A DNA stretch of 64,000 nt. Source: Trichodelitschia bisporula. Its lineage: Eukaryota. The notes under the pieces were generated by a model that did no database searches, was not told the DNA's origin, and was given only the letters and a program-made list of their open reading frames with translations. The stretch is taken from contig ML996689.1 in assembly GCA_010356995.1 (NCBI GenBank), forward strand, positions 886,691 to 950,690. Direction: 5' to 3'. Shown in pieces: positions 39,174-52,570 of the stretch; the stretch's first letter is position 1, and every line of letters starts with the position of its first letter. The position numbers and the translations under genes were made by a program.

Positions 39174-39862
39174 GATAGTGCGCAGCTGCGTGCCGGGGAC
39201 GTGACGTGCCGTGTGAACAACTACCGTAGGGCTAGCGCGAACCCCGTCCGAGCGGCGGAGACCACGACCTCGGGAACGTCGACAAAAAAAAAAGGTTGAG
39301 GCCCGTCCACAACGCGCAGGGGGGTTGTACAACCTCAAACAAGGCCGTCCGTCGCAACAAGCTTGTAAAAAGAACGACGTCGCGAAAGTTGAAGCCGTGC
39401 AAAAGGCGTGCAGAAAGCTTGCTGCGGGTCCCCGAGATTTAAGGGTGCGGCGGAGGATAAGCAAAGCTCCGCGTTAAGCCTTACCTCTGTGCTTAGAAGT
39501 TGATCCATCGGAAGCCTTCCGCTCCTTGTCCACACGTAGCGCAGTAAGCCCCTGATGACAAAGCTCACGGGATACTACCCCCGCTTCCTCCTTACCCCCA
39601 TCCTCAGCCTCACCTCCATCACAGCTTCCATCCTAGCAACCAATAGGCACCGTTCCACCCGCTTATTACGAAAGACAGCTTGTGGCGCATACCCCTCTCC
39701 CCGTGGCGCAGTGCCCGTTTTATTCATGCACAAGGCACTCCTAGCGCCCGGCGCCGCGCGGGCGATATCCCGGAAGTTGGACGCCTTGCCCGCTGACGAC
39801 CCCTCCGCATCTCGCGCTGTCCCACGATCCAAGGTTCCGAACTTCTGAGCCCTCCGGAGCAC

Positions 39863-41494
39863 ATGGAATCAATCACCGGTCACGACGTCGCCAACGCGAA
39901 TGCACGAGAGGCAGCGTTGCGGCTCTGGAACCCTGGTCCCGGTGTTACTCCCGTTCCTCTCTGGCTGGACTGTGACACAGGTACGTGGACCCCTCTTTGG
40001 TAAACCCCAGATGTGCTTCTTTGGCCCCCATTGCACGACCTCCAAACACGTCCTCATTACCCGCTAACATCTCCAGGCCATGATGTACAACCCCACGTCC
40101 CGGTTCCCCACCTCAGCCTAACCCCGCATAGGATGCCTTCGCCATTCTCCTCGCCGCATGTAGCCCCGCAGCATGTCTACTAGGAGTAAGCACCGTCCAC
40201 GGCAATGCCTCGCTGGACGACACGACGAAAAACACCTGCAGCGTCCTACGCGCCATCGGACGGCCCGACGTGCCCGTGTTCCCTGGTGCTGTGAAGCCGC
40301 TGTGCCGCGATCCGGTGCACGCAGAGTCTATCCATGGTGCGCCTGCCTGCCTTGCACGACTCCCTGGATTTTATGCATTTTGAGAGCTGCTGATATGAGC
40401 AGGCGCATCCGGCTTGGATGGCACGACGTTGCTCCCCGACCCAGGGGAGATCCCGCCCATGGGCGACAACCTGGCCGTGAATGCCATGTACACTGCTTTA
40501 AAAGACACCCCTCCGCAAACGGCATGGCTCATAACGACGGGAACTTTGACCAACGCTGCGCTGTTCTTCGCCATGTACCCGTCTATGATCGAGCACCTCG
40601 CGGGCTTGAGCATCATGGGTGGCGTGGTAGGCGGCTTCTTCACGCACGCGCCGCTGGGGAAGCTCAGCGAGCGTGTTGAGCTGTCGGAGAAGCTACACAA
40701 AGAGTTCCCCACCTGGTTGTCAGGAGATTCGGTTATGACGACCGAGGAGCTGGGAGCGCATTTCCGCGGACTGGGACTTCTTAAGGACCAAGGCGTTGCT
40801 GATGACAAGTTGTTCAACGTGCTTGACAAGGCGAAAGAGTCATTCGGAAATTGGTCGCCGTATGCCGAATTCAATGTGCGTAACTGCCGTGTTGATGCCG
40901 ACCTGCGTTCCTGAGCTGACGGGAAGTAGATATTCGTGAGTCTTAGACACTACTCGTCCGCCCTGATGATGGTTGTCTGATCAAGCAACGTAGTGTGACC
41001 CGGAAGCAGCAGCGTCCATTTTCACCATACCCAAGCTTGCTGCTAAAACGACACTGATTCCGCTAGATGTGACGCATCAAGTGCTGGCCAATCGTACCGT
41101 GCTCGACCTACTTCGCTTTGGCTACGAGGGAGACAAGGGAAAAACGACCGGTCTACGGATCCTCTTCCAGGAAATATGTACCTTCTTCGCAGGCACCTAC
41201 GACCGTGAGTTTGGAATGGACACCGGCCCGCCGTTGCATGACCCTATTGCCGTTGCCGCCGCCATAGTGCCCGAAATCTTTGACGACCTGGACGGCGAGC
41301 GCTTCGCGGTGCACGTTGTGCGTGAAGGCGATGCGCATGTGGAGCAGTGCGGCCGGACCATAGTGAAACGCGCACCCAAGGGTCAGCCTGGCGTTCGGAT
41401 TCCGCGCACACTGCACATCCCCGAGTTTTGGCACATGATTGATCTGTCACTGGCCGTCGCCGAGAAGAGATCGCCGTGCGTGCTTCCGTCGTAG
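39863..41494 (+). CDS. URH1: Inosine/uridine-preferring nucleoside hydrolase; exons 39863-39980, 40077-40084, 40132-40336, 40403-40875, 40930-40935, 40994-41494
   Basis: Splicing yields WLDCDTGHDDAFA, STVHGNA, IHGASGLDG, TGTLTN, MGG, GNWSPYAEFNIFCDPEAA, PLDVTHQ and PLHDPIAV. Confidence 0.92.
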
Positions 41495-43046
41495 CTTTAA
41501 TGGCCTCTGAACTGCCGGCCTGCTTGGGTTGCGTTGGAGAGTGGAGAGCGCCGGCTGCACTAGGTATTGCCTATGGGGACGATTGGAGCGGAGGGAGTAA
41601 TAGACAAACACTCGTGCTACCCGGAAGTTTATGGAATATCGAGACGTGGCAATGCAGTTTCGCGGAAGAATTGAGTCGGCTTGGCGTTGCTCATGCGCTT
41701 TTCATGCCGTGCTCCCTCTGCTCGGCTGGACGACAAGAGGCATGAATGCATCAATTGACGCGAGAGCATGTTGTGTTTCGTCAAAAAAACAAAGTGTGAT
41801 GGCATGCCATGCGGGAAGTGGTCTGAGCTCTTGCCGGTAGATACCTAGCAACGCCCGGAGAAGTCAACGCGGGCGAGGGGGCGTGCTCTAATTTTGAGGC
41901 GTTGCCAGGAAGAAATGAAGCATAAAAGGATGAAGCGTGCAGAATGGAAGAAGAGGTGGCGTGGAGGTGAAGATGAAGAGATGAGAGTTCGCGATGTCTC
42001 AAACTCTCCGTCATCAATCTCGTCATCGTCCTCAGCCTTGAACCTGTCGTACCTTCCCCTCCCCTCACATCGCGCCTTCTTATTCAAGTCAAGGCGAAGA
42101 GAAGGCGCGACTCCGTGTCGCATTCAGCCAATGACACGCCTGGGTCGCCCGTAGCCTGAAGTGGTTAAGCTTGGGGCATAAAACGACCAATGAGCACTTT
42201 GTAACCCCTGTCACTTCTTCAGCCACCCACCAACGGGGGGCCCAGGGAGTGGGAGGAAGGAGCGAAACAGAAGCAACAGCGAGAGAGGAGAGAGAGAAGG
42301 CAGCTGCGACTTGCATCTTGCCTGTGAGAAAGACAAACCAGCTCTTCAACTTCTTTCCCTTCGTTTTCGCGACTCTCGTTTTTTCTCCGTCTCTCATGCC
42401 GAAAGCTTGACTGCACTGTGTGTATTCTTTTTCTTGTCTTTTGCATCTCGAAACACAGGCAACCCTCTCCCCCAGGATTCCTCTTCTTCTTCTGCTTCTT
42501 CTTCTTCTTCTCTTCTTATCCCTCCCTTGTGCCGAGCACGCTCCGACATTAGAAAGTACTTCCCCGTCGCGTTCTTTCGCCTCGCCCACCAGCTGTGCAG
42601 CAAGTCCCGTCCCGCTCGCCGTGTGACGACCTGCATCCCGCTACTCCGCCCCCCTCTTTCTCCTCCCCAGACCGGGTCGTCAAACAAGAAGCCTAGATAC
42701 CGCTCTAGCAATCGTTAGGGCTAGATTCGCAACAAGCCGCTATCCAACTGTTCAATTGCCCTCGACATTCGGACTACACAACTCCATGAGGTCGAACTGA
42801 AATCCCCTGGGATTGTCGCCGATCATACCCCGTCGCCTGCACTTCGGTCCCAACCACCGCCGTTGGACACGCCCGCCCCTTGAATCGCGCGATCTCGATC
42901 ACACTCTTTAAGAGAACAACGACTTCGGCGTCCCTTCGGCGGGTTGGGGGAGACAGAAGTGCTTCGACGTCGGTACGCGACAAAACCTCAACCGAGTGCT
43001 CCTCGACGGAGACTGTCAGTTCTGCAAGTGTTCTTGATCAGCAAGC

Positions 43047-44821
43047 ATGGCCACTATCTCGGCTACCCAGGCTATCCGCACACTTACCCCTCCCAGCAGC
43101 TCCCATGGGGGTCGGGGAGGTTGGGACTACGCCGTTCCAAACAACGAGGTTTGTTTGCGACTTTCCTTTGCTGCCAGCTCTGTCTAGACGCTTGCTAACC
43201 AACCGCTTCGCAGAACTTGGTCATGGGCGACAAGGCACACTCGAGCATGGAGCCCGTTGCCAGACTCCCTCACGGTCTTCGTCAACCCTTTACCCACCAA
43301 CCCAACGGCTTCTCCAAAACTTCACCACCACGCTCCGACACGTTTGACTCTCAACTCTCCCGTACCACCTCCGAGGGTGACCTCTTGGCCCCATCACACA
43401 CCAAGAACCTCTCGCGGAAGCACAGCGACATCAGCAATGCCAGCGCCCAGGACAGTCTCTTCGACCCGTACAAGGCGGATCCTGCGACCAAGATGATCGG
43501 TCCGCGCGAGAATCCCAGCAAGCGCAAGCAAGCGAACGGCGTCAAGACAACGCCCGAGGAGGACGCAAACAACTGGATACACCGCGACAAGCTGGCCCAG
43601 ATTGAGAGCCGTGAACTTATAGAAGCAGGCTTCCGCGTGCCAGCGCGCGTGACAAGCTCGGGGCCCAAGTCTGCTGGCAGCTCCCTGCACAAGGCGGACC
43701 AGAGCATCGACCGCACCACCGACGCGCCTGCTTACAGTGAACCTATTGGCCCGAAGCGTGAAGATAAGCGGCAGCGCACCGTATCACCCATCCCCGGTGA
43801 GTACGGGGACGAGCCGGTCATAGAGTTCGAGCTGCGCACCCCGGAGGAAGTTGCAGCGGAGCAGGAAGCTCGCAGTCCCTACTTCTGTTTACCACCTGCA
43901 CGCGGCGCCGGCTCGCGTATTCCAATCGCAAAGCAGAGCCCTGTGCCTGTGCCTTCTACCTTCATCGAGCGCGACTCACCCCTGCCGCGCAGCCGAAACA
44001 CAAGCGGGACTTGGACTGGTATAGATGGGCGTCCGCGAGGTAACAGCGTCGGCAGCCAAGTGCTGCTAGATGATGATGAGGCTTTGCGACCACATACACC
44101 GGTACGCCATAGCTCTGCAAGTGAGAAGCAGTCTCCACCAAAGTCCAAAGTCCCGTCCAAGATTACGCCTGGCGGTCGTAAGACGGGTGGCGCCCGCAAC
44201 AGCTCCAACACCAAATCACGCAATTCTTCGCAGCAAGCTCAGAAGGAGTCGCCAAACCGGCGACCAGGCACCTCATCAGGCATACCCCGCCCCTCGACAG
44301 GCCACCGCCCCGAAGGCGAGGCGCCCTGGATAGCGTCCATGTACAAGCCGGACCCACGTCTCCCGCCCGACCAGCAGATCCTCCCGACGCACGCGAAGCG
44401 CATGGCGCAAGAACAGTGGGAGAAAGAAGGCAAGGTTGGCTCTTTGTACGACCGGGAGTTTCGGTTGCTCAACACTGAAGATTTCACGCGACCCGAGCCG
44501 AAGAGCCTCAAGGACATGCCGCCACCGCCGGAGCAAGAGGAGCGGACCAAGACCACAACGGTTACGGCGAAACAACTCCAGCCGTCTCCAATGGCGAGTC
44601 CAAGGTCTGCATCTAGCGGACGGCCAGGAACCCGTGATACAGAGCACGGCGGCTACAGAACTATGCCTACGATACACAAGTCGACGCCGACACCAACTCG
44701 ACCCTCATCACCGAAGGAGGCACCGGTAGTGGAGGCACATGATCGGTCGAAGACGCCGCCCGAGGAAAAGGAGAACAAAAAGGAGAAGCAAGGCTTGTGC
44801 GGGTGCTGCATCATCATGTAG
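43047..44821 (+). CDS. teaR: TeaR/Mod5-like prenylated cell-end marker receptor; exons 43047-43148, 43214-44821
   Basis: C-terminal CaaX (CGCCIIM) with LTPPSSSHG, NWIHRDKLAQIE and PWIASMYKPDPRLPPDQQILPTHAKR motifs. Intron 43149-43213 is phase 0. Confidence 0.85.
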
Positions 44822-45710
44822 TAGCGCCTGACTGTCCTTTCTCTCTACTCTCCACCCTGCTCCGTGCGCTTCAACGCCAGCGTGTATCTGTCTCCCTCTA
44901 ACGACCTTACTGCATTATCACTATCTTCGACTGTGTTCTGATTATGTCTCTCTAGCGGGATTGGGGGGTGTTTGACGGATGTTTCCTCATTTCGATGTCC
45001 ATCTCCCGCCAACCAGCTCCATTCCTGCACCACACTCACGTCCGCCCACCTACTGCGACACTTTCCCTTCGGCGTTTTCGGGCATGTAGGGAATTGCCTA
45101 CCTTTTTTCCGTGCACATCTTGCGCAAGCAGCCTGTCTGGCATCGAGCATGGGAGGCAAGTGTACTTGTTGACTAGCGTACAGCCAGCTTATTCTTCTTG
45201 CTGTCTTTATATTTCATGGTGTCTTATGCTGTTTGTGTATACTGAGGGGACGGCGTTTCTTGAGTGGCTCTTGATGGGTTGTCTGTTGATATCCAGGTGT
45301 GTGATGGGGTGTGGTGCGCCTTCTTTGTGTCTTTGGCTTCGAGGGGCGGTGTGTGGTATGCGAAGGGAGGGAAGAGATGTGATGGTGCCGGCTGGTGGTG
45401 GGGACGATGCTAGAATGGAATGCAATGGGCGCCAGTGACGGTGCCGAGAGGGCCTGGGGCTGTAACTAAGTTAGACGTACGTAGACGCCTGTGGCGATTG
45501 CAAGATTTTGTGGGTGCTTGACCATGCTGTTTTGCTGTGCCTGTGTATATCGGCAAGGTAGTGGGGTGAAAGTGACTACGACGGAGGACACAGGGAGCCT
45601 TGATATCGGACCACAATTTATATATTCAACCGACCAAGGCTATGTTCACGCGAGGCTGCGTTCTCTCCGACAAAGCTGACGAGTTCTTACCGCTGAGTCG
45701 GCTCTTCCTA

Positions 45711-46205
45711 TCATACCGAAGCAGAATTCGGTATGGAGCAAGCAGTTCCCATAACACGCACTCCTCTCAACCCAAGAAAACGCTCGGCCCCTCCACCAAC
45801 GTCACTCCTCCCACAGACGCGTAACGCGCAGACGCGGATATGCGTGGCTTGCGCGTGGCGCGCGGGCCTGTGCGCACTTTTGTGGCTGGGCGCGGGATGG
45901 GCTGACGTCGGGGGGTTGGCGGGGTAGGTGGGGGGTAGGGCTGCGGATGAATCACCTTTGTATCGCCATGTATATTCGTGTTCTGGTTTCACAGTTAACT
46001 CGATGTCTGGATTTAGGATGCGAGTCACAGGATGAGTGGGTGGCTTTTGACGGTTTGGGACGCCTGGTGGTTCTGGTGTACCAGGTCCTATCTCTGCGGC
46101 GCGGCGGCTAAGCGCCGACCCGACGTGCGCGGTGTCCCGGACTGGAGACCGGAGGGGAGACCGATAGGGACGGCACTGATGGGGACCGACTGTGGGATGA
46201 TTCAC
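45711..46205 (-). CDS. Possible small hypothetical protein (structure unresolved)
   Basis: Pro-rich 164-aa ORF between teaR and TEF1 with no recognisable motif. Confidence 0.2.
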   Translation of the reverse strand: MNHPTVGPHQCRPYRSPLRSPVRDTAHVGSALSRRAAEIGPGTPEPPGVPNRQKPPTHPVTRILNPDIELTVKPEHEYTWRYKGDSSAALPPTYPANPPTSAHPAPSHKSAHRPARHAQATHIRVCALRVCGRSDVGGGAERFLGLRGVRVMGTACSIPNSASV

Positions 46206-47559
46206 GGCTTCCCGTTTCCAGGAATCAGGATTTTATGGCGGCTTTAGGTCTCCAGCGTGGCGTGTTGGAGAGTTTTTTCGACTGATAGTCACGTTTGACA
46301 TGCTGTTTTCGGGTTGGGCATGGAGGAGCAGATCCAGATCAGCCGCACCGGAGAGAGGAACCCAGACTTCTCGCTGGGTCGAGCGCGGCGGCGGCACTCA
46401 AGCATTCCCTACTAGCTCTTGATTTTTTTTTTTCAAGCGCCGTTGCCCCGCTGCAACGCGCGAGCGGGCCGGAAAGCGAGCATGAAAGCGACGCTGTTGC
46501 TGGGACTACTGCATTGCTTTGCTCTATCTCTCTAGCTTCGAGTGGCTGGGGGCTGTTCGGTCGGTTGACGGCGAAAAGTAGAAAAAAATTCTGTTGGCAG
46601 GGGGTTGCCCGGTTGGCGCGGGGTAGGGAGGGGCAACGGAATGTGTAGGTCGGTGGCGATAGGGTTTGGGATTGGGTAGGGGCTGCATTGGAGATGGGAC
46701 ACCGCTTTCGGTGCAAGGTGCGCCGCAGCAGGCTGGTGGTGAGCATTCGTGGTAGGTTGGGAGTGGCTATGGGCTTTGTTTTTAGGGTTCTTGGGTTCGT
46801 ACTTTGGGAGTTCGGTCGGAGAGAAGAACTCCCGTTGGGAGGTGGAGAGACATCAACGCGCAAGCACGGGGTCGATTTTGGATGCTACTGTGGGCGGGAA
46901 CGAGTACCGTAGTGGACCGGTCGGGCTTCATAGGCGCGGGGTCAAACTACGTGCCGTTTGGTGAAATTAGGTTACCGGTATCAATGGGTAGACGATTGCT
47001 ACAAGGCATAGTATTGAATGAATAGGATGAAGCAGCGATCCACGATCAATGGACAGCGGCGAGTATCTGCCATGAGCCGAGTGGCTCTCCTCTCTCCTGC
47101 TTGCAGGTCTGGAAAACAGTCATCGATTACCCCTCCAGCCCCTCTCTCCGCTCCTTCTTTTCCTGTAAGAAAGCGCTGTGAAAGACGAGGGTAGTGCACG
47201 GACCCTTACCGCACCTGCCTGCTGCACCCAGCCAACCTACTGGCTTCTAAGCGATTCGCCCTTGGCCCACTCTGCCCTCGCTCGACCTTTTCCCTTTAAA
47301 TTTCTCCCCTCCCCCTCCACATCCCACCTTTTTCTTGCTCTTTGTCTTCTCATACCTCAAACCAGCCAGCGTTTGTATCTGAGTGAGTACTTCCCACAAC
47401 AACCTTCCTCCATCTTCCTGCACCTCGCTCTACTTCCCTTCATCGCCACCATCACACATCACCTTTGGCCTTGCTTGCTGACTCCATCAAAAAGGAACTC
47501 TCCCGCCTTCTCCGTCAACTTAACCACTCGATCCCGCAAACTTTCTCTCAGCCGTTAAA

Positions 47560-49390
<1,831 letters not shown>

Positions 49391-50235
49391 ACGTGTGCCT
49401 CTGATGATGATGATGAGATGCGTGGGCTGAGTGGTCGGGTAAACGGGGTGTGTTGTTTCTGCTCGGGTTTTTTGTCTGGGCGTAAACCTTCCTCTGTTAT
49501 CATAGACCGCAAAAGTCAATGGAGTTTGTGCTGAATCTTGTCCTCCGTGGTGTTTGTGATGTCTTTGATATCTATGAAGTGCTTGGATGCCGTGAATTCT
49601 CGACGGCGCTGTCTGATCCTCTCCACCTCCGCCCTCTACCCTCTGATGATCGCCGACCGCCGACCGCTAGCCTCGCACCAGAGTTTAAGCTCCATACTCA
49701 CCCTGCACATATAGTTCCCCGGAATCCCGCTGATGCTGTAGGTATATTGTGGCTTGCACCCGGGATCCTGGCACATCGTCGAGGCTACACTCCGCACCGC
49801 ACTGGTGAGCCAACCACGGACTCCACAAGGACAGGCTATGTGATCTCAATTCTCTTGCACCTCCACCGATCTAAAGCCAGATATTAAATCGCTCAGGTGC
49901 TTTCGGTACCGCCGCATGATGATCCGCATCGCGCGTAGGCGTGTGCATTTGAAATGCGGGGAGTAGGGAGGAGTTCTTGGCCCCTGCCGTTATCATCTGC
50001 TATGTTCCACGGCTCTTCTACAGATTTTGGTGTGAAGCTTTAGGCTGTGAAGCGATCGGTATATACGAAACATTGACGCCCGTCGGGTGTGCGGGTAATG
50101 GAAGTATGGTGGAGTGTTCATTTGCAGCTTAATCCTTACGGACTCAGAGGCCGCAAGGCCGGCTATATGTCCTTTTCTCCTTCCACAGCCTCCTCCCCCC
50201 AGATTCTTCACCACCATATCTTACTGCATCCAAAA

Positions 50236-51704
50236 ATGCATCTTCTCCTCCCCCTCCTCGTCTCCTCAGCCTCCGCCGCCGTCCTAGCCCGGCACCCCCA
50301 ATCCGCGGCCGCTGGAGGTCTATCAAGCCTCTTCTCCTCCCTCGGCACCAGCCTGCTGAACTCTTTCGCGCCCCCGGCGAAGCCCCTCCGCATCGACGAG
50401 GTGAAGCCTAGGATCAAGTCTGAGGCTATAAGGCAGCTGGTGCGGTATGGGCCGCTGTTTTTGCCGGCGAGTAAGGTACGTGGCTTCCCTGAGTGTATCG
50501 CGGTGCTGATGGCGTAGGACGGCGGCGCATCCGTGGGAGCAAGCCATGAGCATGGCGGTGCTGGGATGGGTGGTATGGCCCCAGCGGCGTCGAAGGGTTC
50601 TCCGCCGCCGGGCAACGGTCAAGGCCTCGCGATGGACCCAAACGGCACGCCATTTAGCCGGACGCTGGACGGGGGGGTTTGTACGGACTGTACGGTGCTA
50701 GCCGCCGCCATTGACATCGTTTTCGCCAACGGGAGTAGGGCGGATATCGCCAATGGCGTGTATCTGCATCATCTTGTTGCGCAGACGATGGGGAACAGTA
50801 CTGGCAAGGGGAAAGGGTCGTGGGTGGATGCGTGCCCGAGGGCGGGGATTACGACGAGTGCGGGGGGCGTGCAGGCTCCGAGTGCGCTGGCGGGGTTGCT
50901 TGGGGGGGTGGATCTGGGGAGTGTGGCTTCTGGGGGCGCGTTTGTTGGGGGTGCGGTAGATGCGTTTGTGGACTGGTTTACCGCGCCCGATGGGAGTGTG
51001 AGGAGTGGGTATTTTATTCCGGCGGGGAGTTGGGGGTTTATGAGTGGGGAGGTTATTAACTACCTGCGGGAGGAGCAGACGGTGTATGTGCAGTTGGATA
51101 TTGAGTGGGTGAAGGGGAAGTATGGGCGTGATGCGATTAAGAGTCCGTTGAATGTTGAGGGTGGGTTGAGGATGTGTTTGGAGGAGGGGCAAGGCTGATG
51201 CGCGTAGGCTGCGACTTTACGCACTCGGCGTTTAAGAATGGGGGTGATCGTGGGAAGATTACTTCTGCTGACTTTACGGTCAGCAGGGACGTTACGGTGA
51301 TCTGCCAGCGTACGTTCTACTCGCCCTTCTCTGTTCCGCATGCTAACTACCCAAGGCGCCCACATGCATGACGGCGGCGAGGCGGTAACGGCCTTCGTCA
51401 ACGGCAAGCCGATATGTACCTCGCAAGCGACGTATGGCAGCGCGGGTGCGGAACTCATCGTCAATGGCAAGGCATGGAAGACTATTAGCAAGATGAGCGA
51501 CTGCTTGGATCCCGTTGAGTTGAAGAAGGGAGACAAGATACGTCTCGAGGCAACATATGATAACGTTGCACACCCGCTGTAAGTGCTCCGCGGCTTGCTG
51601 TGATCTTAGTCCGGGCTAACAGGAGCAGGAGAGAAAGCGGTCATGAACAGCAGGGCAATATGGCCTTCATGACGTTCACTGTTGTACCGAAGGATGGTAT
51701 CTAG
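50236..51704 (+). CDS. Secreted protein with copper-monooxygenase-like HH / HxH / M motifs; exons 50236-50475, 50518-51160, 51208-51309, 51356-51578, 51629-51704
   Basis: Signal-peptide-like MHLLLPLLVSSASAA. Four canonical introns give a continuous frame containing CTDCTV, GVYLHH, RAHMHDGG and GNMAFM. Confidence 0.8.
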
Positions 51705-51763
51705 GTCGCCTGGCGAATGTGCGGTCTTATGGATCTTGAGGCAGAAAGGCCTTTCATCAAATT

Positions 51764-51856
51764 GGTTCTGTGGTGTAGCTGGTTATCACACTTGTCTAAC
51801 ATCTCCTCGAGATATCTGGACACAAGTGGTCCCCGGTTCGAGCCCGGGCAGAATCA
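51764..51856 (+). tRNA. tRNA-Val (AAC) with a 19-nt intron (51802-51820)
   Basis: Acceptor stem GGTTCTG/CAGAATC, A box TGGTGTAGCTGG, anticodon arm CTTGT-CTAACA[intron]C-ACAAG, B box GGTTCGAGCCC, and downstream T-runs. Confidence 0.95.
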
Positions 51857-52262
51857 AAACGAGTTTCCTTTTTGCACTTTTCGGTTTTTGAACATTCCTT
51901 TTAGCAGAGATGAGGTTGTGGAGTCTCCATCGGAGGTCTCAACCCGGAAATATCAACACGTTCACATTTTCGATGTGTGCTCAATGCGGATCCAGCCTGA
52001 CCGGGGTTTGTCAGCCTCGCGCTTATTGGCGGAGAAACTGAAAAAGGCCACCTCGGCTCGGGCTCTAACGCCTTTTAGGCGAAGGACAGCCTTGCGGCAT
52101 TACAGATAAGGCTCTGGGACAAGCAGAACGTGATTCTAGAGATTTCAGAGCGTGCAGCATTGAGACCGATGCCGAGGGATCCAGTCTTTCTTGTTGCCAT
52201 TGGCTATTCCAGTGCCTTCAAAGACGAGGACCGCCTTGGACCGAGCTCCGGTACCTGGAATG

Positions 52263-52337
52263 CCATAGCGATGCTGATATGCCGATATCGAGATTACCCA
52301 TAGCGATGCTGATATGCCGATATCGAGATTACCCATA
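52263..52337. repeat. Perfect 35-bp tandem duplication
   Basis: ccatagcgatgctgatatgccgatatcgagattac at 52263 and 52298, followed by a partial third copy (ccata). Confidence 0.95.
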
Positions 52338-52570
52338 TCAATGTCCTTTTCTCACGAACGACGGAATATACGCTGTAGTCTCTCTCTCGCTGGAGCCAAG
52401 TATTCTATAGACTGCACTGTCCCTTATATCATATCCGCGATAGTAATTCCCCTCGCTAGCCGGCCCGTCAGCCCTATGATATTGACAACCCGTCCAACCG
52501 TCCGATATATACCTCAAACTTCACACAAATATCACCAACACCTCTCCCACCACCATGGGATGACCCAGCC

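Noticed and set aside
37502..41494. Divergent ferric reductase and nucleoside hydrolase as a functional cluster
   Set aside because: They share about 690 bp of intergenic DNA but no pathway link is evident, and divergent pairs are common in compact fungal genomes.
52263..52337. 35-bp repeat as a possible CRISPR repeat
   Set aside because: The copies are directly adjacent with no spacers, there are no cas genes, and the context is eukaryotic.
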